Assembly (NCBI GenBank): GCA_963717455.1
Contig: OY970336.1
Location: forward strand, 5,202,570-5,266,569
Reading direction: 5' to 3'
From: an uncultured Acidimicrobiaceae bacterium
Lineage (GTDB): Bacteria > Actinomycetota > Acidimicrobiia > Acidimicrobiales > RAAP-2
DNA length: 64,000 nucleotides
Both the position numbers and the translations under genes were made by a program. Under the pieces are notes generated by a model. It was not told where the DNA came from, ran no database searches, and worked only from the letters and a program-made list of their open reading frames with translations. Position 1 is the stretch's first letter. The number at the start of each line of letters is the position of its first letter. This document shows, piece after piece, positions 45,973-56,901 of this stretch.

Positions 45973-48900
45973 CGGAGCCTGAGCCTCTCGAACTCCAACA
46001 GCCCGTCCCAGAGCAAGCGGGCGTAGATGCCGAACCGATGGGGCTCGGGAGGGTCGAGACCTGTGCCCTCTCCGGCGGCCGGATCACCCGTGCAGGCGAC
46101 CATCTCCGCGAACGAGAGTTCCTCCCCGAGAACGAACCGGTGCTCCTTGTCTCTGTTCTCGTTGTCCCAGTCCCCCCTCGACTCCCATTCCTTCCGCGCC
46201 GTCTGGGCGGCATCGGCGGGTTCCCGCCCCGACGACCGGTCGGCGGCGTAGGCGGCGGAGGTCTTGCAGAAGAGGGGCAGGGGCTCGCGCATGCCACGGC
46301 CGAAGAGATCGACGAGAACGGCCAGATGGGCCCGCGCCACGTCTCGGCGGTTCTGCGGTTCCGGACCGAGCGGTCCGATAGTGGCCACTGCCACGGCACG
46401 CGAGCTGCCCTTGGGTGTCCGACCGATCGTCTGCGTCTCGAAGGGTACCTCGGGATAGGTCGCGCTCAAGGCCAGGAGGCGTAGCCACGCGCTCAACCGC
46501 AGCGCCGGCTGCATCCTCCGATAGGTCACCATCGGGATGACGTTGCCGCGCACCCCGGCCACCGTCCCGACCACGGACGGGAGGCCCGGCAGGTCGACGT
46601 GGACATCGAGCGACGAGGGCGGGACGTCCGAGAGGTGATTGCCGGCCTCGACCAACTCTTCGACGTCGCGCTCCATTTCGTCGAGCACCGGGTCGGCCAG
46701 CGACGCCGGTGGAAGCTCACCCCTGGCCGTCTCGGCCTTCTCGCAGTCGTCCCAGCTCGCACCGTCGAGGCGGGCGCGCAGGATCCGCTCTGCAACCCCC
46801 CACTTGGCAAGCGCGTCCAGGTCGATCGGGATGGCGTCCTCGTACTCGCGGGTCCGGTCCCACAGCGAGACCCCGAGTCGTTCGCGCAGGAACACCTTGA
46901 CGGGGTCGCGCAGGAAGCGGTCGAGCAGGTCGACGTCGACGGTCTGGACCTCGCAGTCCAATGGGTGAGCCAGGAACGGCTGGGGTCGCCGGTCCGGCGC
47001 GAGCGCAGCGCGAGCACCCTCGAGGTGGAGCCGGTCGAAGCTCCAGGGGCGGGCGGGGATGAGCTTGCCCGGTACGTAATTGCGTGGGTCGAAGGGCTGC
47101 AGCGGGTGCTGGACGACGATTGCCTGGCGCGCCCGTCCCTCCGGGGTGCAGACGGTGTGGTCCACCACGTCGAGCAGCTCCCCCACCGGCACCGCCGGCG
47201 GGCGGGGCTGGTTCGAGCGCTCGTCGTGGCCGCTGTAGGTGATCACGAGGTGCTGACGCGCGGCCAGCAGCGCATCGAGAAGGAGCTGGCGGTCCTCGCT
47301 GCGCGCGTCGCGGTCGCCCACTCGCGGGTCCTGCGCGGTGAGGTCGTCGCCGTCGCGCTCGATATGGCGCGGGAAGCTGCCGTCGTCGAGGCCGAGCAGG
47401 CACACGACCTTGTGCGGGATGGAGCGCATGGGAACGAGGGTGCACACGGTCAGGTGGCCGGTGCAGAAGTTGGCCCTCGTCGCCTTGCCCTTCAGGCGCT
47501 CGGCCAGGAGCGAGCGGACGTCGTCACTGCCGAGGGTGACGGCGCTGGCCTCGCCTTCCATGGTCGCCTCCTCGACGAGCCGGTCGAGGAGCGAAGTGAG
47601 CTCTGCCCGCTGCCAGGCCTCGCCCGGCGGCGTCATCGTCAGCGAGTCGGCGATCGCGGCAAGCTCGAGCGCCCATTCGCGCATGGTGCGGTCGCCCGAG
47701 AGCGCGTCGACGGCTGTGTGCAACCGCTCGATGAATTCGGCCAGACGACCCGCCAGCTCGATGTCGCCGCTCTCGACGTCGTCCAGTGGGAGCGTCTCAG
47801 CGAACAGCCGCTGGCCGTCCTCGGCCATGGCCACGCCGAGCAGGACCCGATCCAAGCCGGAACGCCAGGTGTTGGCCCCGATGCGGCCGAGCTCGAAGGC
47901 CTGCCGATGGGCGGCATCGAACCCCCAACGCACATTCGAATCGCGGACCCACTGTTCGAGGCGCGCCAGGTCGTCGTCGGCGAAGCGGAACCGGCTCCGC
48001 ACGGGCTCGCGCCCGGCCAGGTCGAGGACCTGGCTCACTGTCATGCGCGCGGTGGCGAGCTCGAGCACCTCGGCGAGGACACCCATCACAGGGTTGGTCT
48101 GGCGAAGCGAGCGGTCAGCCAGGCGGATCTTGAGCTGGCGCGTGCCGTCGTCGCGACCTCCCTCCTCGTCATGCGCGCCGAACGTCGCCTGGATGAGCGG
48201 GGCGAAGTGCTCGATGTCGGGGCACATCACGATGATGTCGCGAGGCTCGAGACCCGGGTCCTCCGCCAGGCGGTGCAGGATGGCATCGCGCAGGACCTCG
48301 ACCTGGCGGCCCCGGCCATGGCAGGAGTGCACGCGGATGCTGTCGTCGTCGGCCGCCAACAGAGGGCGGGCGTCGCTGTCGCCGGCACCCACAGGCGAGT
48401 GGTCGGCCCGGACGTCGTCTTGGATCCGCTGCAGCAAGGTGGGCGCACTCTCGTGCACCTCTGCCACCACCTCGTCGGCGTGGGTCTCCGCCCCGGCGAG
48501 GACGAGTTGCATCTCGCGGGCGTCGCGGCCCCACGACGCGAACAGCGGGTTGCGCGGCGCCCACACCGTCCGGTCCTCCCGGCGTGGCAGATGCCTGGTC
48601 CCGGGACCGACCTGCTCCTCGAGTCGGTTCCACAGCTCGGGCGAAGGGTGGAGGAGGAACAGATGGACGTCTCGCTTGCGGGCGAGGGCGTCGAGGACGT
48701 CGAGGTAGCTGGCGGGCAGCCGCGTCAGCCCGAACAACGAGAGTCGTCGCGGCAGGTCGAGGAGGTTGCGCTCTTCCCGGAGCTTGCGGCAGGCACTCTC
48801 CAGGTGCTCCGCCGGGCTCGGTCGGCCTATGCGTTCGCGGAGCAGCCGCCAGAGCTCGAACTGCCAGGCCGCCTCGTCGAGCTGCACCGAGCCGGCAGCC

Positions 48901-49400
48901 CAACGCTGCAGCATGTCAGGGCGGTGCACCGCGTAGCGGTCGAAGAGGTCCGCCACGTGCCGGACGATGGAGAAGCGCTTCGGCTCCTCTGGCGTCCCCG
49001 GCTCGGCCCGGCCTCCGCTGACGCCCGAATTGCGGATGTGGTCGGCCAGTGGTGCCAGCCACGGTTCGTCGAAGCGCTCATCGACCACCTCCATGAGAGT
49101 CCACACGGCGCGTTCGGGCAGCCACGGGTCGGCCTTGGGGTCGTTGCCGGTGGCCAGGGCCAGCGCGGTGGAAACCAGCGTCCCAGGAAATGGGAATTCG
49201 ATGTTGGCGCACACCCCGTCGTGCGCTCCCGGCGTCACGCCGAGTCGGCCGGAGAGGCGCTGGCTGAGCCACCGCTCGATCCCCTGCGTGGGCACCGAGA
49301 CCACCTCGGGCGTCATCGGGTCCTCGAGCGGTTCGGCCACCAAACCCGCGAGCATCGAGACCAGGGCGTCGGTGCGGTCGGACCGGTGGACGTGCAGCAC
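45969..49400 (-). CDS. recC: Exodeoxyribonuclease V gamma subunit
   Basis: 1143 aa with a typical RecC N-terminus (LHVHRSDRTDALVSMLAGLV....PEVVSVPTQGIERWL). It sits directly upstream of recB. Confidence 0.88.
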   Translation of the reverse strand: MLHVHRSDRTDALVSMLAGLVAEPLEDPMTPEVVSVPTQGIERWLSQRLSGRLGVTPGAHDGVCANIEFPFPGTLVSTALALATGNDPKADPWLPERAVWTLMEVVDERFDEPWLAPLADHIRNSGVSGGRAEPGTPEEPKRFSIVRHVADLFDRYAVHRPDMLQRWAAGSVQLDEAAWQFELWRLLRERIGRPSPAEHLESACRKLREERNLLDLPRRLSLFGLTRLPASYLDVLDALARKRDVHLFLLHPSPELWNRLEEQVGPGTRHLPRREDRTVWAPRNPLFASWGRDAREMQLVLAGAETHADEVVAEVHESAPTLLQRIQDDVRADHSPVGAGDSDARPLLAADDDSIRVHSCHGRGRQVEVLRDAILHRLAEDPGLEPRDIIVMCPDIEHFAPLIQATFGAHDEEGGRDDGTRQLKIRLADRSLRQTNPVMGVLAEVLELATARMTVSQVLDLAGREPVRSRFRFADDDLARLEQWVRDSNVRWGFDAAHRQAFELGRIGANTWRSGLDRVLLGVAMAEDGQRLFAETLPLDDVESGDIELAGRLAEFIERLHTAVDALSGDRTMREWALELAAIADSLTMTPPGEAWQRAELTSLLDRLVEEATMEGEASAVTLGSDDVRSLLAERLKGKATRANFCTGHLTVCTLVPMRSIPHKVVCLLGLDDGSFPRHIERDGDDLTAQDPRVGDRDARSEDRQLLLDALLAARQHLVITYSGHDERSNQPRPPAVPVGELLDVVDHTVCTPEGRARQAIVVQHPLQPFDPRNYVPGKLIPARPWSFDRLHLEGARAALAPDRRPQPFLAHPLDCEVQTVDVDLLDRFLRDPVKVFLRERLGVSLWDRTREYEDAIPIDLDALAKWGVAERILRARLDGASWDDCEKAETARGELPPASLADPVLDEMERDVEELVEAGNHLSDVPPSSLDVHVDLPGLPSVVGTVAGVRGNVIPMVTYRRMQPALRLSAWLRLLALSATYPEVPFETQTIGRTPKGSSRAVAVATIGPLGPEPQNRRDVARAHLAVLVDLFGRGMREPLPLFCKTSAAYAADRSSGREPADAAQTARKEWESRGDWDNENRDKEHRFVLGEELSFAEMVACTGDPAAGEGTGLDPPEPHRFGIYARLLWDGLLEFERLRLR

Positions 49401-49433
49401 CCCTGCAGAGTACGTCGAGGCTGTTCCGGCCCC

Positions 49434-50855
49434 TCAGGCCGGCGTGCCGGTGCTGGCCCCGCCCTCGGGCAGGGCCAGGATGGTCGACCCCGCGACCTCG
49501 TCCTCATCGCTGGGGAGCTCGACTGCCTGGAGATGGCGCGGCGCCGCCTCGATGGGCGACAGCTCTGCGATCTCCCCGGATTCGGGGACACCCAGGCCCG
49601 GGAATTTGCGGGCGGACACCAGCACGCGCGTCTCGAGTGAGCCGACGGCCTTGTTGTAGGCGTCCACGCTCGAGGTGAGGCTTCGCTGCAGTGTCTGCAT
49701 GTGACCGGTCATGACACGCAGGCGGTCGTAGAGCTCCGCACCGATCTTCTGGATCTCGCGAGCGCTCTCGGCCAGGGTCTCCTGCTGCCAGCCGAACGCC
49801 ACCGTCCGCAACAGCGCGATCAGCATGGTCGGCGTGGTGAGCAGCACGCCGTTGGCCATTGCGTACTCCTGCAGGGTGGGATCCGACTCGTAGGCGGCCG
49901 ACAGGAGCTGGTCTCCCGGGATGAACGCGACGACTTGCTGGGGCGACTCGAACTGCCTCCAGTACTCCTTCTTCGCCAACTGGTCGACATGGGTGCGCAG
50001 CTGCTTGGCGTGCTGGCCCTGGAAGACGGCGCGGGCCTCGTCGTCGTCCGCTTCAATCAGCTTGAGGAACGCGTCGAGGGGCACCTTGGCGTCGACCACC
50101 ATGTCCCGGCCGCCGGGCATGTGCACGATCATGTCGGGACGCAGGCGCCCATCGTCCGTCGCGGTCGTCACCTGCTCCTCGAAGTCGCAGTGCTCGATCA
50201 TGCCGGCCATCTCGACGACTCGTCGCAACTGGATCTCCCCCCACCGCCCACGCGTCTGGGGCGATCGCAGCGCGGTCACCAGGTTGCGGGTCTCGCGCTG
50301 GAGCTGCTCGTGACCGAGGTGGAGCTGCGCCAGCTTCTCGCTCAGCCCCTCGTAGGCGCCCTTGCGGTCGAGCTCCACCTGCCGGAGCCCCAGCTCGTAC
50401 CGCTCCAGCGTCTCGCTCAACGGGTCGAGCAGCCGGGCGATGGCCTGCTGGCGCTGGGCCAGGTCCCCCTGGACCGCCGTGCGGGCCTCGCTGAATTTCG
50501 TGTCGGCCAGCGCAAGGAACTGCTCGTTGTTCTGGGCCAGCGCCTGCGCTGACAACTCGGCGAAGGTCCCCGCCAGCCGGGCGCGCTCCTCCTCGGCGCG
50601 CGCCATAGCCTCGGCCTCCACCCTCCGCAGCAGGTCGAGCTCGGACTCGGCGACCGCCCGGGCCGTCTCCGCCGTGGCCGCCGCCTCCGACGCCGTCTTC
50701 AGCTGCGCCGCCTGCTGGACCACGACAGCCTTGGCGTCCGCCAACCTGCTCTCGGCGATGCGTGCTGCGCCGATCAGACGGGTGCTGCGCACCAGGTACA
50801 AGGCAACGCCGATCGCCAGCCCGACGGCGAGCCCGAGGACAACTCCGATGACCAT
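49434..50855 (-). CDS. rmuC: DNA recombination protein RmuC
   Basis: An N-terminal TM helix and a long coiled coil, then the RmuC core (GRWGEIQLRRVVEMAGM, PDMIVHMPGGRDMVVDAKVPL, FIPGDQ). It ends 33 nt upstream of recC. Confidence 0.85.
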   Translation of the reverse strand: MVIGVVLGLAVGLAIGVALYLVRSTRLIGAARIAESRLADAKAVVVQQAAQLKTASEAAATAETARAVAESELDLLRRVEAEAMARAEEERARLAGTFAELSAQALAQNNEQFLALADTKFSEARTAVQGDLAQRQQAIARLLDPLSETLERYELGLRQVELDRKGAYEGLSEKLAQLHLGHEQLQRETRNLVTALRSPQTRGRWGEIQLRRVVEMAGMIEHCDFEEQVTTATDDGRLRPDMIVHMPGGRDMVVDAKVPLDAFLKLIEADDDEARAVFQGQHAKQLRTHVDQLAKKEYWRQFESPQQVVAFIPGDQLLSAAYESDPTLQEYAMANGVLLTTPTMLIALLRTVAFGWQQETLAESAREIQKIGAELYDRLRVMTGHMQTLQRSLTSSVDAYNKAVGSLETRVLVSARKFPGLGVPESGEIAELSPIEAAPRHLQAVELPSDEDEVAGSTILALPEGGASTGTPA

Positions 50856-50861
50856 GGGGCC

Positions 50862-50867
50862 AATGTA
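50862..50867 (-). promoter_or_regulatory. Candidate -10 hexamer TACATT, 6 nt upstream of the rmuC ATG (leaderless-type)
   Basis: The minus strand reads TACATT GGCCCC ATG, with no SD sequence. Confidence 0.3.
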
Positions 50868-50973
50868 ACGATGGGGTGTGTCAACCTCGGGGACCACTCC
50901 CCACCTGGTCCGCACCCCCACGCGCGCCCGGCGGCCGCGGCAATTGGGGGTCGTCTCGCTCCGGCGGAGCCGA

Positions 50974-50979
50974 TAGCGT
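50974..50979 (+). promoter_or_regulatory. Candidate -10 hexamer TAGCGT, 7 nt upstream of the PhoU-like ATG (leaderless-type)
   Basis: TAGCGT GACCCAG ATG at 50987. Confidence 0.3.
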
Positions 50980-50986
50980 GACCCAG

Positions 50987-51739
50987 ATGCCGTTCAAACT
51001 CGGTGCCAGCACGAGGACCGCTCCGGACCACGAGCAGGACGAGGACCGCACGGCGCAGATCGGCCCCCTCGTCATGGAACAGCCGCTGTGGCCGCGCACG
51101 CTGCCCGAACCCCACGAGGTCGACCGGCTCTTCGCTCAGGTGTTCGCGCTCGTGGGCGAAGGCATCGCCGGCGCGACGCACGCCCTGCTGGCGGGTGACC
51201 GCGATGCGGCCAAGGAGCTGGTGAAGCGCGACGAGGTCATCGACAAGCTGATCGGCCAGATCTCGACCACCGTGCAGCAGCAGCTCGTCCACGGCGAGAC
51301 CTCACCCGACGAGCGTCGGGAGTTCGTCGCCATCCTGCGCATGCTGCCCGACATGGAGCGCAACGGCGACCTGGCCGAGCACATCGCCCGCCGAGCCGCC
51401 CGCGGGCTCGGTGCCGAGATGTCGGCCCGCAGCCGTGGTCTCGTCGAGCGGATGGGTGAGGTCGCCACCACCATCTGGCGCGAGACGGCCGACGCCTTCG
51501 CCGAGCGCTCCGCCGAGGCCGCATCCTCCATCGACGACCTCGACGACGAGCTCGACGACCTCCATGTCACGCTGACCGCCGAGCTGGTGGCCGGCACCAT
51601 GCCGCTCCCGGTCGCGATCGAGCTGGCCATGGTGGCCCGCTTCTACGAACGATTCGGCGACCACGCCGTCAACCTGGCGCGTCGCATGGCGACCCTGGTG
51701 GTCGGCGGGCCCGAACCGGTGTCGGCGGGGCCCGACTGA
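50987..51739 (+). CDS. PhoU family regulatory protein (two PhoU repeats) with an extra N-terminal segment
   Basis: VIDKLIGQISTTVQQQL, MERNGDLAEHIARRA and a second repeat ending ARFYERFGDHAVNLARR. Confidence 0.7.
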   Translation: MPFKLGASTRTAPDHEQDEDRTAQIGPLVMEQPLWPRTLPEPHEVDRLFAQVFALVGEGIAGATHALLAGDRDAAKELVKRDEVIDKLIGQISTTVQQQLVHGETSPDERREFVAILRMLPDMERNGDLAEHIARRAARGLGAEMSARSRGLVERMGEVATTIWRETADAFAERSAEAASSIDDLDDELDDLHVTLTAELVAGTMPLPVAIELAMVARFYERFGDHAVNLARRMATLVVGGPEPVSAGPD

Positions 51740-51751
51740 ACGCAACCGCGC

Positions 51752-52789
<1,038 letters not shown>

Positions 52790-52834
52790 CGGGACCGTAC
52801 CCGGTGCGATTGCGCGCCGCGCCATCCCAAGGGG

Positions 52835-53791
52835 TTACGGCGCGATGGCAACGACGGGTCGGGCGAGCGGCCGCCCACCCATGGAGCCCAGGAAGGGTGC
52901 GCCGCCGAGGGCGAACACCCCGCCGTCCGCCGCCGCCAGCCAGTATCCGGGACCGGCGCCCTGAGCGGTGATGCCGACGACGGGAGCCTGGAGCCGGACC
53001 CCGCCCATCGATCCCCCGAAGACCGCATCGCCGAAGGCGAACACCCCGCCGTCGGCGGCGGCCAGCCAGTAGCCCATACCGCTGGCGGACCGTGCAATGG
53101 CGACCACGGGTGCGTTGAGGTGGCGACCTCCTGCCGAACCCTCGAAGACGGCGTCGCCGAAGGCGAACACACCACCGTCGGAGTCGACGATGAGATAGCC
53201 CTTTCCATCGAGCGAACCCACGAGCCCCACCGGCGCACCGTTGTGCGCGACATGCGCCGTCGTCTCATCGCCGTAGAACGCGGCATCCCCGAACCCCTGG
53301 ACCGAACCGAGGCCGCTTCCTCCGACCTCGAGCACCCAGTACCCCCCGCCGTCTGCGGTCAGGGCGATCGCCACCGCCGTGGGCGAGAATTCGACGCCGC
53401 CGGAGTACGGCACGGTCCCCGAGGGCTCCCCGTAGGAGACGGCGTCCCCGTACGTGAAGATCTTGCCGGTCGCCGCATTCAGGATGTAGTAGCCGGCACC
53501 TCCGGCCGTTGACGCCATCGACCAGCACGAGCCCTGAGGCAGCGTGCGTCCGGGGGGATTGGCCGGGCAGCGAGTTGGGTCCGATGCCGCCGAGCCCTCG
53601 AAGGGGGACGAAAAGGCGAAGATGCCCCCGTCGCCGGAGAGCAGCCGGTAGCCGGGCCCCGCTGGGGGCGGCCCCGGTGGTGCAGCGGAGGCCTCCCCGG
53701 CGAGGGTGAGGATCGACGCTGCCAGCATGGCGACCGCTCCTGCAACGGCGGTCGTCCACATGGTGGACGCTCGCTGCGGTCGACCTGTCAT
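52835..53791 (-). CDS. Secreted protein built from six repeats of about 40-50 aa (propeller-like), function unknown
   Basis: The ATG at 53791 lies 5 nt after GGAGGG. There is a signal peptide (AVAGAVAMLAASILTLAGEASA). Six units fit the pattern GYW(L/V)xxxDGG(V/I)FAFGDAxFxGSxGGxxLxAPVV(A/G)IA, and the last three are nearly identical. Confidence 0.6.
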   Translation of the reverse strand: MTGRPQRASTMWTTAVAGAVAMLAASILTLAGEASAAPPGPPPAGPGYRLLSGDGGIFAFSSPFEGSAASDPTRCPANPPGRTLPQGSCWSMASTAGGAGYYILNAATGKIFTYGDAVSYGEPSGTVPYSGGVEFSPTAVAIALTADGGGYWVLEVGGSGLGSVQGFGDAAFYGDETTAHVAHNGAPVGLVGSLDGKGYLIVDSDGGVFAFGDAVFEGSAGGRHLNAPVVAIARSASGMGYWLAAADGGVFAFGDAVFGGSMGGVRLQAPVVGITAQGAGPGYWLAAADGGVFALGGAPFLGSMGGRPLARPVVAIAP

Positions 53792-53866
53792 GCGCGCCCT
53801 CCTGGTCTGTCTCCTCCATGGTCGCGGTGGAAGGGGCGGACAACCAGGGGCCAAGGTCACACGGCG

Positions 53867-54466
53867 TCACACCTCGAGCGGGCGCCGGCCCTCGAGCGCT
53901 CGCCCGAGCGTCAGCTCGTCGGCGTACTCGAGGTCGCCGCCAACCGGCAGTCCGCTGGCCAGCCGGGAGACGGTGACGCCCAGCGGGGTCAGCTCGCGCG
54001 CGACGAGCATGGCGGTCGCCTCGCCCTCGATCGTGGGGTTCGTGCAGACGATGGCCTCGCGGATGACGCCGAGGTTCACGCGGTCGAGGAGCTCGCCGAG
54101 GCGGAGCTGCTCGCGGCCGATGCCGTCCAGCGGGCTCAGCGCGCCTCCCAGGACGTGATAGCGGCCCCGGAAGCCGGTGCGCTCCACGGCCACGATGTCG
54201 CGCGGGTCCTCGACGACGCAGATGACCTCAGGGTCGCGGCGGTCGTCGCTACAGACGGCGCACAGCGCCCCGGACTCGGCCACGTTGAAGCAGATCTGGC
54301 ACAGCGTGGTGCGCTCCTTCACCGCGATGATCGCGTCAGACAGCCGGCGCGCGTCCTCACCCGGCACCTTCAAGATGTGGAAGGCGATGCGCTGGGCCGA
54401 CTTCGGCCCGATGCCGGGGAGCCGGCCGAGCTCGTCGATGAGGGAACGGAGGGGCCCGGTGTACAT
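53867..54466 (-). CDS. recR: Recombination protein RecR
   Basis: [24 protein letters not shown], a C4 zinc finger (CQICFNV....CAVC) and a Toprim domain ([10 protein letters not shown]). Confidence 0.93.
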   Translation of the reverse strand: MYTGPLRSLIDELGRLPGIGPKSAQRIAFHILKVPGEDARRLSDAIIAVKERTTLCQICFNVAESGALCAVCSDDRRDPEVICVVEDPRDIVAVERTGFRGRYHVLGGALSPLDGIGREQLRLGELLDRVNLGVIREAIVCTNPTIEGEATAMLVARELTPLGVTVSRLASGLPVGGDLEYADELTLGRALEGRRPLEV

Positions 54467-56311
54467 CTAGCCGGCCACCTCGCTGGCGCCGGGGAAGGCC
54501 TCGAGGAGGCGGGCTTCTGCGGCCGACGCCTGGTCGGCGGGCGCGTCGGGCGCGTCATGGAGCAGGTCGGCCGGGTCCACGTGGTCCAAGTCGTCGTCGT
54601 TCGCCCCGGCACCGGGGTCGTCGCCGCGGGGCGTGGGGCGTCCGGAGGCCGCGCCCGCCGCGGGCGCAGTGGCGTCGTCCACATCGAGGACGAGGGTCAC
54701 CGGGGTGCCGAAGTGCGCAGCGAGGGCCGCCTCGACGGTCGGCACCAAGTCGGCACAGCGCTCACGGTGGGCTGCGTTGGGCAATGCGAAGTGCGCGCCC
54801 TGCTCGTCGACGGTGACGAAGCGGCCGGCGCTGTAGAGCGCCTTGGCCCGGGCCGGGAGTGCCCGCAGGATCCCGTCGCCCCAGGCCTCGGTCAGGCTGT
54901 CCCGATCGACCGCGCCCGCCCCGTGTGCCGTCGTCGTGCGGGCGGCCTGCTTCGGTGCGGGCTCGGAAGCCGTGGCCGACTCCGATAGCCCGGGGTCGGA
55001 GGCCGAAGGAGCCGTCTCAGGCGGCGGTGGCACGGCGGCGCCGGAGGCCTGCTGGCTCCGCCGCACCGCGCCGATGGAGGGACGCTTCCCGACGTCCCCG
55101 GGTGCACCTCCAGCTGGGGCGACGGGCGCCGGTCGACGGGGGGCGGGGGCGGAGTCCGCGGCCGGTTCGGCCGCCGCGCCCGGGCGCGGGAACGCGGCGC
55201 CGCCCGAGAGCGTGCGCTCCAGGATGCTCACCCGCTCCGAGAGCGCCTCCATCCCCGAATCGAGGTCGGGCCGCACGGCGCGCACGATGGCGATCTCGAG
55301 CACCACCTGTGCGTCCGGCGCCTCGCGCATGTCGACCAGCGCGTGACCCAGGATCTCCATGCTGCGCACCACCCGGGGCAGCCCCATCATCTCGGCCACC
55401 GCGGTGAAGCGCTCGAGTGACGAACCCGACGCAGCGCACAGCTCCGGCGCCAGCGCGGAGAGGAACACCTGGCGCAGGTCGTCGATGAGCTCCGTCGCCA
55501 GCTGCTGTGGTCCCCAGCCGCCGGCCAGGAGCGCGCTCAGGGCGACCAGCACCTGGCTCACGTCGCCGTCGGCCAGCGCGTGCAGCACCTGAGCCAGCTC
55601 GGGGCGGGCTGCGTCGGCCGACCCGGCGGCGGCGACCTGGTCCAGAGCCGACAGAGCGTCGCGGGCCGAACCGCGCCCGCGCCGGACGGCCGCCTCGAGC
55701 GCGTCGGCGTCGAGTCCCAGCGCCGCCTCTTCGTTGACGGACTCGAGCAAGTCGTGCAACGTGTCGGCACCCAGGAGGCGGAACTCGAGGTGCTGCGTCC
55801 GGCTACGGATCGTCGGGGGCACCTTCTGCGGGTCGGTGGTGGCGAGGACGAACACGACGTGGCTCGGGGGCTCCTCGAGGGTCTTCAGCAGGGCGTTGGC
55901 CGCCGCGGTCGAGAGCATGTGGACCTCGTCGACGATGTAGACCTTCCATCGCCCCGGGGTGCCCAGGCTGGCGTGGGCCACGAGGTCCCGCATGGCGTCG
56001 ACGCCGTTGTTGGAGGCTGCATCGAGCTCGTGCACGTTGAGCGAGCTCCCCTGAGTGATCTCGATGCACGAGGTGCAGACGCCGCACGGCTCGCCGTCGA
56101 CCGGCTTCTCGCAGTTGAGCGCCTTGGCGAGGATGCGCGCCGACGACGTCTTGCCGGTGCCGCGGGGCCCGCTGAAGAGGTAGGCGTGCGACACCCGGTC
56201 GTCGCGCACGGCGCTCCTCAGCGCCCGCACGACGTGGTCCTGGCCCCTGATCTCGTCGAATCGCCCGGGCCGGAAGCGGCGGTAGAGCGAGACGAAGGGG
56301 GTGTCGGCCAT
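54467..56311 (-). CDS. dnaX: DNA polymerase III subunits gamma/tau
   Basis: LYRRFRPGRFDEIRGQDHV, SGPRGTGKTSSARILAKALNC, CGVCTSC, VYIVDEVHMLS and a Pro/Ala-rich linker. The stop abuts the recR ATG (TAGATG). Confidence 0.9.
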   Translation of the reverse strand: MADTPFVSLYRRFRPGRFDEIRGQDHVVRALRSAVRDDRVSHAYLFSGPRGTGKTSSARILAKALNCEKPVDGEPCGVCTSCIEITQGSSLNVHELDAASNNGVDAMRDLVAHASLGTPGRWKVYIVDEVHMLSTAAANALLKTLEEPPSHVVFVLATTDPQKVPPTIRSRTQHLEFRLLGADTLHDLLESVNEEAALGLDADALEAAVRRGRGSARDALSALDQVAAAGSADAARPELAQVLHALADGDVSQVLVALSALLAGGWGPQQLATELIDDLRQVFLSALAPELCAASGSSLERFTAVAEMMGLPRVVRSMEILGHALVDMREAPDAQVVLEIAIVRAVRPDLDSGMEALSERVSILERTLSGGAAFPRPGAAAEPAADSAPAPRRPAPVAPAGGAPGDVGKRPSIGAVRRSQQASGAAVPPPPETAPSASDPGLSESATASEPAPKQAARTTTAHGAGAVDRDSLTEAWGDGILRALPARAKALYSAGRFVTVDEQGAHFALPNAAHRERCADLVPTVEAALAAHFGTPVTLVLDVDDATAPAAGAASGRPTPRGDDPGAGANDDDLDHVDPADLLHDAPDAPADQASAAEARLLEAFPGASEVAG

Positions 56312-56360
56312 GCCGGCCGAGCCTACCCATGCGTGCAGACACGCCGGCCCGGAGCCGGGG

Positions 56361-56492
56361 CCCGATGCTCGGTGCGGCGGCCAGGTTGGCTACGGCACCC
56401 GGCCATACCCGCTGAGAGCTGCTGCCTTCCGACCCTGACTCGATTCACGAGCGGCCGTTGCGCAGGACCCGGCCACCGCACCCAGCATCGGG
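56361..56492 (-). ncRNA. ffs: Signal recognition particle RNA (small bacterial type); ends approximate
   Basis: The minus strand contains the conserved helix-8 core GUCAGGGUC-GGAA-GGCAGCAGC. The 5-prime arm CCCGAUGCUGGGUGCGGUGGCC pairs with the 3-prime arm GGCCGCCGCACCGAGCAUCGGG. It lies immediately upstream of dnaX, the usual position. Confidence 0.7.
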
Positions 56493-56901
56493 ACGGCGTG
56501 CCGTCCAGGCTAGCGGGTCGCTCCGGAGCGGTTCCCTCCCCCACCAGGACGGCGCAGGGCCCTCCTGTCCATCACGGCTTACGGCACGCTCGAGACCCGC
56601 CGGGCCAGCCTCGAGGGCCCGGCGCCCGGCTCGCGTCGCACCAGCCCGGCCGGTCGCACCGACGACACAACACAACCTCCGTGCCTGGTGCCTCCATCAC
56701 CACTCGCTTCGGTCCGGACCACTCGCCGCTCCTGGATTCACCTCGATCCACGGTTGCCCAATTGAGGTTGCCTCAGATCAACTCAAGGTAAATAGAGGAG
56801 GTCCGCAAGGAGGACCAATCCGGCATCCGTACCCTCGCTCCAGCGTCCGACCGGCCCATGGAGACCTGTCACGGCCGTTAGCCTGACCAGGCTGCAGTCT
56901 C

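Noticed and set aside
46599-49640. A 1013-aa plus-strand ORF
   Set aside because: It is antisense to recC and rmuC, with Arg/Gly/Ala/Val/Asp-rich composition and no motifs. The minus-strand genes explain the region.
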